A DNA stretch of 64,000 bases from NCBI GenBank assembly GCA_004172865.1, contig SEBV01000008.1, positions 85,933 through 149,932 of the forward strand, given 5' to 3'. Both the position numbers and the translations under genes were made by a program. The notes beneath the pieces are model-generated. The model was not told the DNA's origin and made no database searches. It saw only the letters and a program-made list of their open reading frames with translations. Source of the stretch: Gammaproteobacteria bacterium. GTDB taxonomy: Bacteria > Pseudomonadota > Gammaproteobacteria > Pseudomonadales > Cellvibrionaceae. Below, one piece after another: positions 57,335 to 64,000 of this stretch; position 1 is the stretch's first letter, and every line of letters starts with the position of its first letter.

Positions 57335-57376
57335 GAGAAAAATTAACGGCTATCCACAATGTGGACTAGCCGTTAA
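57335..57376 (-). terminator. Rho-independent terminator of efp
   Basis: Hairpin of about 14 bp (AACGGCTAGTCCACA / TGTGGATAGCCGTT on the minus strand) followed by AATTTTTCT. Confidence 0.7.
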
Positions 57377-57389
57377 TGGTGAAGCGGTA

Positions 57390-57956
57390 TTAGTCTTTAG
57401 CGCGAGATTTGTATTCGTGAGTACGGGTATCGATAATAATTTTATCGCCGATTTCTACGAATGCAGATACTTGAATTTCAGTACCGTTGGTCAAGCGAGC
57501 AGGCTTCATAACTTTACCTGAAGTATCACCACGAACAGATGGTTCGGTGTAAACAACTTCACGTGTTACTGAGTTTGGTGGAGTAATTGAAATTACTTTG
57601 CCATCAAAAAATACAGCTTCACAAACATCATCGATACCGTCTTCGATGTAAGGACCCATATCGCCGAGCTCATCAGCAGTCAATTCGTATTGTTCGTAAT
57701 CGCTATCTACGAAAACGTACATTGGGTCTGCGTAGTAAGAGTAGGTTACGTCTTTACGATCAAGAACGATGTCTTCAAATTTGTCGTCTGCTTTGTAAGG
57801 AGTTTCGGTCAAATAACCGTTCAGCAGGTTTTTCAATTTGGTTTTAACAACAGCAGTGTTACGGCCTGAACGGCTGATTTCTGCTTTTTGAATTAACCAT
57901 GGTTGACCGTCGATGCTAATTACATGACCGGCGCGCAGTTCTTGACCTGTTTTCAT
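57390..57956 (-). CDS. efp: Elongation factor P, Arg32 (EarP-modified) type
   Basis: [13 protein letters not shown]...[19 protein letters not shown] carries the SGRN loop with Arg32 in place of the KPGKG loop. Colinear with Pseudomonas EF-P. Confidence 0.93.
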   Translation of the reverse strand: MKTGQELRAGHVISIDGQPWLIQKAEISRSGRNTAVVKTKLKNLLNGYLTETPYKADDKFEDIVLDRKDVTYSYYADPMYVFVDSDYEQYELTADELGDMGPYIEDGIDDVCEAVFFDGKVISITPPNSVTREVVYTEPSVRGDTSGKVMKPARLTNGTEIQVSAFVEIGDKIIIDTRTHEYKSRAKD

Positions 57957-58010
57957 GATGACTCTCAATAAGTGTAAATGGTATTGATGATGGGATAAAT
58001 TCGGCGGCTA

Positions 58011-59156
58011 CTATAGCGTTTTTTGACAAAAATGCACCATGTTTGAAGCTAAATCCCCCAAAGAATTTAGGTGTTGGCGCCACTTTTGACCATGTTTTTG
58101 CCAGTTTTGCAGATTAGTGAGACATGTATTCCAAGCATCAAGGCAGTCTTGATTGCGGTTCCAGTGGTGCCATAGCCGTATGATTGCATCTTGAGTGATT
58201 GGGTCAAATCCGTCCAAGTAATGCTTAAGGAAGGCATCCAGCTTCACCATATGGAAGTCTTCATCTTGAGGATAAATATGCCAAACAAAGGGTTTCGCGG
58301 CCCATTGCGCTCGCACAAAGGAATCTTCTCCGCGAATAAAGTTGAAATCACAAGCCCACAATAAAATGTCATAGTCGGTTTGGCTTATAAAAGGAATGAC
58401 CTGTAAACGTAATGCGCCTTTGTTAAAGGTGTCACCCACTTTCAGATTTTGGCCCATAGCCGAGTTGATGCTTGGCAGGATTTTGCTGGCGGGCACCAGG
58501 CATAAAACGGGCGTGGATGATTGCGACCACGCGTCTATTAATGATCCAACAGCTTCATTTTCGTAGCCAAACAACGAAATGATTAATTCGCCACTCTTAG
58601 TTTCTACACCCAGCTTTTCCAGAAATTGCTCGCGGGCATCAGAATCCTGTGAAAAGGCTTCACCTTTATCCAGTAAATCTCTCTCTTTTAAAAGCCCGCC
58701 GGTTTTCGCCGTAACGCCTGGAAAGAAAAAGATTTTTTTCAGGCCGAGTTGCGGATGTGGGGATGCCAAACCATGACAGCCTTCTACCCAATCCTCCGCA
58801 CTCAGATATTCGAGATTAAACCAGTGCGGCGGGGTGGCACGTTGTTTCATTGCCGCGAGATAGCTATCCGGTAAATTGCAGGCAAAAGCTTCAATCACCA
58901 CATCCGCAGGCTGGATCGCAGGGTCAAAATCGTGATACCAAATTCTCACATCAACGTTTTCAAGTTGTTGATGCTCACAAACGCGTGCGCTCGGCCAAAT
59001 TTGCGTCAAGGCCGTCAATTCATCGACCCATAAGCGAACTTGAAACGGATATTCATTGGCCAGCTGGCGTGCTAAGCGCCAACACACACCTATATCGCCG
59101 TAGTTATCGATAACTCTACAAAAAATATCCCAAGTCTGGATTTCAATTTGTTTCAT
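58011..59156 (-). CDS. earP: EF-P arginine-32 rhamnosyltransferase EarP
   Basis: WDIFCRVIDNYGDIGVCWRLARQL is the EarP (DUF2331) signature. Lies directly upstream of efp. The start is uncertain (ATG at 59156, or 59210 as in the track). Confidence 0.85.
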   Translation of the reverse strand: MKQIEIQTWDIFCRVIDNYGDIGVCWRLARQLANEYPFQVRLWVDELTALTQIWPSARVCEHQQLENVDVRIWYHDFDPAIQPADVVIEAFACNLPDSYLAAMKQRATPPHWFNLEYLSAEDWVEGCHGLASPHPQLGLKKIFFFPGVTAKTGGLLKERDLLDKGEAFSQDSDAREQFLEKLGVETKSGELIISLFGYENEAVGSLIDAWSQSSTPVLCLVPASKILPSINSAMGQNLKVGDTFNKGALRLQVIPFISQTDYDILLWACDFNFIRGEDSFVRAQWAAKPFVWHIYPQDEDFHMVKLDAFLKHYLDGFDPITQDAIIRLWHHWNRNQDCLDAWNTCLTNLQNWQKHGQKWRQHLNSLGDLASNMVHFCQKTL

Positions 59157-59233
59157 TCGTTCAGGAGTTTCTTGCTGCCAGTAAAAAGAGGGCGCTATTA
59201 TGCGCAACATTCTATATAAGCGGGTAAGAATTC

Positions 59234-59779
59234 ATGGCATCCCTACAAGATCAACTCCTTAAAGCCGGTTTAATTGATACAAAAAAGGCAAAACAGGCTA
59301 ATAAAGAAAAGCGTAAAGAAACCAATGTTGCCCGTCGTGCGCCTGAGCCGGTGATCGATGAAGTTAAGCAATCCGCTGAGCAAGCGCGCTTGGAAAAAGT
59401 TGAACGCGACCGAGAGCTAAATCGCCAGCGCAATGCGGAACTTGAACAGCGCGCGCTTGCCGCTCAAATCAAACAGCTTATTGAAAATCACCGCCAATCG
59501 AAAGGCGCAGGTAATAACGACGTTGAATACAATTTCACCGACGGCAAGCTGATTAAAAAAATGCGCGTTTCGCCGCTGGTTCTTGAGCAAATCGCGCGCG
59601 GTGTTTTAGCGGTTGTTAAATTGGGTGATGGCTACGAAGTTGTACCGCGTATTGTGGCCGATAAAATTATATTGCGTGACGAAAAATCCGTATTGGTTGC
59701 GAACGTAAAAACCCAGCAGCAAGCCGATGAAGATGATCCTTATAAAGATTACGTAATTCCTGATGATTTGATGTGGTAA
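59234..59779 (+). CDS. DUF2058 (YaiL-like) protein
   Basis: MASLQDQLLKAGLIDTKKAKQ..., a K/E/R-rich middle and a conserved C-terminus ending DDLMW. Confidence 0.65.
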   Translation: MASLQDQLLKAGLIDTKKAKQANKEKRKETNVARRAPEPVIDEVKQSAEQARLEKVERDRELNRQRNAELEQRALAAQIKQLIENHRQSKGAGNNDVEYNFTDGKLIKKMRVSPLVLEQIARGVLAVVKLGDGYEVVPRIVADKIILRDEKSVLVANVKTQQQADEDDPYKDYVIPDDLMW

Positions 59780-59831
59780 TTTGATTTTATCTCAGGTGCT
59801 ATTTTGGTGCTTGAAGGTATTCCGCTCCATT

Positions 59832-59862
59832 AAAAGCTGCTCATTTGGGCAGCTTTTTTATT
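59832..59862 (+). terminator. Rho-independent terminator
   Basis: AAAAGCTGC, a loop, then GCAGCTTTT, followed by a T-run. Confidence 0.7.
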
Positions 59863-60023
59863 TCTCTTTTTATCCCGCATAAAACGCTCGATCTCACTGA
59901 ATAAACATATTTCTCAGAATTTATTTCTTTAGTCTTAGTAATCAGTAGCTTGCATATTTTCACAGACGCAATAATTTTGTAAATTTTAATCCTATCTTCT
60001 ACAAAAAAATGTGAAAACTCGAA

Positions 60024-60038
60024 TGGTACAAATGTTGC
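60024..60038 (+). promoter_or_regulatory. Sigma54-type promoter upstream of eat-eutBC
   Basis: TGGTACAAATGTTGC with exact GG-N10-GC spacing and TTGC at -12. About 55 nt before the eat ATG. Confidence 0.5.
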
Positions 60039-60092
60039 GGTGAGTGCCATGGTTTGAGAAAGCGAATTCACATTATTGCAGGGGATAGAGCT

Positions 60093-61457
60093 ATGAGTAC
60101 CACATTAAAATCATCACTAAATACATGGCATCTTTGGGGATTGGCAGTTGGATTGGTAATCTCGGGAGAATATTTTGGCTGGAGTTATGGCTGGGCAACT
60201 GCAGGCACTTTAGGTTTTCTCGTGACGACTATCGTCATCGCAATTATGTACACGACGTTTATTTTTAGTTTTACCGAGCTAACAACGGCAATTCCGCACG
60301 CAGGCGGCCCCTTCGCTTATGCTCGCCGCGCCTTTGGCCCGAAGATGGCGTTTGTCGCAGGTTTTGCAACGCTGATTGAATTTGTTTTTGCGCCGCCCGC
60401 GATTGCCATGGCGATTGGTGCTTATTTGAATGTGCAATTTCCTGAATTAAATCCTAAAGCATTTGCGATTGCGGCTTACGTAATTTTTGTCGGTTTAAAT
60501 ATTGTGGGTGTGCGCATCGCCGCGACTTTTGAACTGTTGGTAACTGTGTTGGCAATTATCGAATTGTTAGTATTTATGGGCGTAGTTTCGCCCGGTTTTA
60601 GCATGAGTAATTTCGTTGCCGGTGGTTGGGCGGGCGAGAATGAATTTAGCAGTACTGCGATCTCCGGCATAGTCGCGGCAATTCCTTTTGCGATTTGGTT
60701 TTTTCTCGCGATTGAAGGTGTTGCTATGGCCGCCGAAGAAGCTAAAGATCCGCGCAAAACAATTCCGCGTGCTTATATCGCCGGTATTTTAACTCTGGTT
60801 GTATTGGCAATCGGTGTAATGTTTTTCGCAGGCGGTGTAGGTGATTGGAAAACCTTATCGAATATTAATGACCCTCTACCACAAGCCATGAAAATGATTG
60901 TGGGTGAAAATAGTAATTGGTTACACATGCTGGTTTGGATTGGTTTGTTTGGATTAATTGCTTCTTTCCACGGAATCATTCTGGGTTATTCGCGGCAGAT
61001 TTTTGCGTTATCGCGCGCGGGTTACATGCCCACATTTTTCGGCAAAGTGAATGAAAAATTCCAAACGCCACATCGCGCAATTATAGCGGGTGCGCTAGTG
61101 GGGATTGCTGCAATCCTAAGTGACGATTTGCAATTTAACGGTATGACACTTACAGCAAACCTCATCACCATGGCAGTATTTGGCGCGATAGTGATGTACA
61201 TAGTGTCCATGTTAAGTTTATTTGCATTGCGAAAAAATGAACCGAATTTAGATCGTCCATTTAAGTCAGTTGCTTATCCATTATTTCCGGCGATTGCATT
61301 AGTGCTTGCCGCAATGAGTTTACTGACCATGATTTATTTTAATTTAAAGCTCTCATTAATATTTTTCGGTTTGATGATTCTTGCTTATGTTTATTTTTCG
61401 ATGACACAACATAACCGCGATGCGTCTTTGGATAACGTAATGAGCGCAACAGCTTGA
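60093..61457 (+). CDS. eat: Ethanolamine permease (APC superfamily)
   Basis: About 12 TM segments and an APC-type N-terminus (LNTWHLWGLAVGLVISGEYFGW). Lies directly upstream of eutBC. The ATG at 60093 with GGGGA upstream is preferred. Confidence 0.88.
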   Translation: MSTTLKSSLNTWHLWGLAVGLVISGEYFGWSYGWATAGTLGFLVTTIVIAIMYTTFIFSFTELTTAIPHAGGPFAYARRAFGPKMAFVAGFATLIEFVFAPPAIAMAIGAYLNVQFPELNPKAFAIAAYVIFVGLNIVGVRIAATFELLVTVLAIIELLVFMGVVSPGFSMSNFVAGGWAGENEFSSTAISGIVAAIPFAIWFFLAIEGVAMAAEEAKDPRKTIPRAYIAGILTLVVLAIGVMFFAGGVGDWKTLSNINDPLPQAMKMIVGENSNWLHMLVWIGLFGLIASFHGIILGYSRQIFALSRAGYMPTFFGKVNEKFQTPHRAIIAGALVGIAAILSDDLQFNGMTLTANLITMAVFGAIVMYIVSMLSLFALRKNEPNLDRPFKSVAYPLFPAIALVLAAMSLLTMIYFNLKLSLIFFGLMILAYVYFSMTQHNRDASLDNVMSATA

Positions 61458-61502
61458 CGATTTTTATCCGGATATTTTTAATAACGCCTGCTCGGAGGCA
61501 TA

Positions 61503-62900
61503 GTGGCTTATCAACATAGCGTTGGAACACATACCTATCAATTTCGAGATTTAAAAGATCTTATGGCTAAGGCGACGCCTGCGAGATCGGGCGATTATCT
61601 TGCGGGTGTTGCGGCGGATACTTACGCTGAACGTATGGCTGCACGCATGTGTTTGGCTGAGGTTCCATTAAAAATATTTCTGCAAGATCTTTTAATTCCT
61701 TACGAGAGCGATGAAGTTACACGTTTGATTATCGATAGCCACAACGCCGAATCGTTCAAACCCATTAGTCATTTAACCGTAGGTGATTTTCGTAACTGGT
61801 TATTGTTAGATACTACAGACACCGTATGTTTAACAGCGGTAGCGCCGGGAATAACGCCGGAAATGGCAGCGGCGGTGAGCAAATTAATGCGCAATCAGGA
61901 TTTAATTCTGGTCGCAAAAAAATGCTCTGTCGTTACGGCATTTCGAAATACGATTGGGCTACCGGATCGGCTTTCCAGTCGCTTGCAACCTAACCATCCC
62001 ACTGACGATGCGCGCGGTATCGCCGCCTCCATGTTGGATGGTTTACTTTACGGTTCAGGTGATGCTGTTATTGGAATTAATCCCGCTACCGATAGTTTGC
62101 CAGCGTTAATGGATTTGTATTATTTGGTGGATGAAGTTATCAACCAATACGAAATTCCAACACAATCGTGCATTCTCACGCACGTCACCAATCAAATTCA
62201 ATTAATTGAAAAAGGTGCGCCGATTGATTTGGTATTTCAATCTATCGCCGGAACCGAAGAAGCGAATAAAAGTTTTGGTATCGACATTAAATTATTGGAA
62301 GAAGCTCGCTCTGCAGCTCTGTCGTTGACGCGTGGCAGCGTTGGAAACAATGTCATGTATTTTGAAACAGGGCAGGGTTCTGCGTTGTCCGCAAATGCAA
62401 ATTTTGGTGTGGATCAGCAAACCTGCGAAGTTCGTGCTTATGCGGTTGCGCGGCATTTGTCGCCACTGCTTACTAATACGGTTGTAGGTTTTATTGGCCC
62501 AGAATATTTATACGATGGCAAACAAATTATTCGCGCGGGTTTGGAGGATCATTTCTGCGGAAAATTACTGGGCTTACCGATTGGCTGCGATGTTTGTTAC
62601 ACCAATCACGCCGAAGCGGATCAGGACGATATGGATACGCTCATGACCTTACTCGCTAACGCAGGCTTAACGTTTTTGATGGGCATTCCCGGTGCCGACG
62701 ACATAATGCTGAATTACCAAACCACGTCATTTCACGACACTTTGTATTTACGCAATTTATTAGATTTGAAACCCGCGCCGGAGTTTGAACAATGGCTGAT
62801 GAAAATGAACATCATGAATCACGGGGGCAAGGTTCAACCCATCACCAAAACTCACCCCATGTTGCAGAAAATGCCAAATCATTTACTGAAACAGCTTTAA
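61503..62900 (+). CDS. eutB: Ethanolamine ammonia-lyase large subunit
   Basis: Colinear with EutB along the full length (YQFRDLKDLMAKATP.RSGD, GINPATDS, ...LKPAPEFE.WL.KM). GTG start with GGAGG 6 nt upstream. Confidence 0.95.
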   Translation: MAYQHSVGTHTYQFRDLKDLMAKATPARSGDYLAGVAADTYAERMAARMCLAEVPLKIFLQDLLIPYESDEVTRLIIDSHNAESFKPISHLTVGDFRNWLLLDTTDTVCLTAVAPGITPEMAAAVSKLMRNQDLILVAKKCSVVTAFRNTIGLPDRLSSRLQPNHPTDDARGIAASMLDGLLYGSGDAVIGINPATDSLPALMDLYYLVDEVINQYEIPTQSCILTHVTNQIQLIEKGAPIDLVFQSIAGTEEANKSFGIDIKLLEEARSAALSLTRGSVGNNVMYFETGQGSALSANANFGVDQQTCEVRAYAVARHLSPLLTNTVVGFIGPEYLYDGKQIIRAGLEDHFCGKLLGLPIGCDVCYTNHAEADQDDMDTLMTLLANAGLTFLMGIPGADDIMLNYQTTSFHDTLYLRNLLDLKPAPEFEQWLMKMNIMNHGGKVQPITKTHPMLQKMPNHLLKQL

Positions 62901-63676
62901 CACTTGCAGACCCATGGCAGCAGTTAAAAAATTTTACCCGCGCCCGTATTGCCTTGGGGCGAGTGGGCAGCAGTTTACCGACAAAAGAAATTTTAGATTT
63001 CGGTTTATCCCACGCCATGGCACGCGATGCTGTTCATCTAGCGTTAGACGTCATTGAGCTGGAAAATAAATTACATGCGCAAGGCTTGGTGAGCATCCAC
63101 GTAACCAGTAAAGCGCCAGACCGTGCCAGCTATTTATTACGCCCCGATTGGGGTCGGCGTTTGAGTGACGCCAGCCGCGCTTATCTAGAACAACTTAATT
63201 CCAGACCAGTGGATTTTCTAATCGTGGTTGGCGACGGTTTATCGTCTCTTGCGGTGGATCGACATGCGGCACCGTTAATCGATGAAATCAAAAAAATCAT
63301 CCCAGCCGCTTGGCGCCTAGGCAATATTGTTATTGCAACTCAGGCGCGGGTTGCCATCGCCGATGAAATTGCAGAAATCCTCAATGCGCGCATGGTTGCC
63401 ATATTAATTGGCGAGCGCCCCGGTTTAAGTTCGCCGGATAGCTTGGGAATTTACCTAACTTTAAATCCTAAAACCGGCTGCAATGACGCAGACCGAAATT
63501 GCATTTCCAATGTTCGCCCGGAAGGATTGGGTTATGCAGCGGCAGCGAAAAAAATGGTATGGTTGGCGCAAGAAGCCCTGAGAATAGGCGCTTCCGGCGT
63601 TCTTCTTAAGGATGAAAGCGACCACATTGAGTTGCCGGTTTTTACCGCTGGATTAAAGCCCAAGCCGATTTTATAG
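62792..63676 (+). CDS. eutC: Ethanolamine ammonia-lyase small subunit
   Basis: DPWQQLKNFTRARIALGRVGSSLPT..., VVGDGLS and LIGERPGLSSPDSLG motifs. The only canonical start is the ATG at 62792, which overlaps eutB by 109 nt in another frame, so the start is uncertain. Confidence 0.85.
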   Translation: MADENEHHESRGQGSTHHQNSPHVAENAKSFTETALTLADPWQQLKNFTRARIALGRVGSSLPTKEILDFGLSHAMARDAVHLALDVIELENKLHAQGLVSIHVTSKAPDRASYLLRPDWGRRLSDASRAYLEQLNSRPVDFLIVVGDGLSSLAVDRHAAPLIDEIKKIIPAAWRLGNIVIATQARVAIADEIAEILNARMVAILIGERPGLSSPDSLGIYLTLNPKTGCNDADRNCISNVRPEGLGYAAAAKKMVWLAQEALRIGASGVLLKDESDHIELPVFTAGLKPKPIL

Positions 63677-63781
63677 CTCGCTTCAGAAGAGTGGCGTACC
63701 ACAATCCACCAAGATTAACCATTCTTAGCATCCTTGGTGGTCTGTGGCATAATGCCGCCAAATCATTACAGGCGACTACCT

Positions 63782-64000
63782 ATGTTAGATATGTTTACCG
63801 GACTGGATTTTCCTATCGGCCTAGCGCTGTTCTTGTCTCTAGCCTTCGTGCTCGCCTATGAGTTTATCAACGGTTTCCACGATACTGCTAACGCTGTAGC
63901 CACGGTTATTTACACCAAAGCTATGCCACCTTATACCGCGGTAATTGCGTCCGGCGTGTTCAATTTTCTGGGCGTTATGGCCGGTGGCTTGGGCGTTGCT
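63782..64000 (+). CDS. pitA: Inorganic phosphate transporter, PiT family, 3'-partial
   Basis: Hand translation from the ATG at 63782 gives [50 protein letters not shown]... This matches the PitA N-terminus. The frame stays open to the window end. Confidence 0.85.
   Translation, partial: MLDMFTGLDFPIGLALFLSLAFVLAYEFINGFHDTANAVATVIYTKAMPPYTAVIASGVFNFLGVMAGGLGVA

Noticed and set aside
57228-57521. 97-aa plus-strand ORF overlapping the efp terminator and the 3' end of efp
   Set aside because: It overlaps a strongly supported CDS and its terminator hairpin, and no family features are present.
1-64000. Search for CRISPR arrays, IS elements or transposases, integrases, toxin-antitoxin pairs and known defence-system genes
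   Set aside because: I saw no regularly spaced direct repeats, no transposase or integrase motifs, and no recognisable defence domains in any listed ORF.

Overview
This is a chromosomal window from a gammaproteobacterium with Pseudomonas-like gene content. The markers are fliS-fleQ, an EarP-type EF-P, the large NAD-GDH, rmf, and eat-eutBC. It may belong to the Cellvibrionales or Oceanospirillales, but that taxonomic guess is inference only. Most of the window is ordinary core genome. Core genes include rmuC, trmA, a tRNA-Val/tRNA-Asp pair, rhlE, gdhB, pyrD, rmf, rlmKL, efp/earP, eat-eutBC and pitA. Two larger units are a flagellar mini-cluster (fliS, a fliT-like gene, a second fliS, fleQ) and a six-gene MoxR/DUF58/DUF4381/BatA/BatB/BatD operon. 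I saw no CRISPR array, IS element, integrase or recognisable defence system. The most unusual part is about 17.6-28.2 kb. It holds a TonB-dependent receptor, a DUF1549/DUF1553 plus DUF1501 gene pair (a pairing typical of Planctomycetes), and a sigma54 enhancer-binding protein with no sensory domain. Each of the three units is preceded by a sigma54-type -24/-12 element starting TGGCATA. The units are separated by very long AT-rich stretches (0.5-1.2 kb) with no ORF of 60 aa or more. I propose this is an uncharacterised sigma54-controlled outer-membrane uptake and periplasmic processing module. Other notable items are a yybP-ykoY (Mn2+) riboswitch-like leader before a UPF0016/GDT1 gene and a 26-aa extremely acidic mini-ORF. 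There is also a 449-aa coiled-coil protein with a C-terminal Cys/His cluster, a sigma54-like promoter before eat-eutBC, and a 109-nt out-of-frame eutB/eutC overlap. A LytS/LytTR two-component pair appears co-transcribed with a beta-lactamase-fold protein carrying a multi-TM tail. All family assignments come from recognising motifs in the translations. No database search was run.
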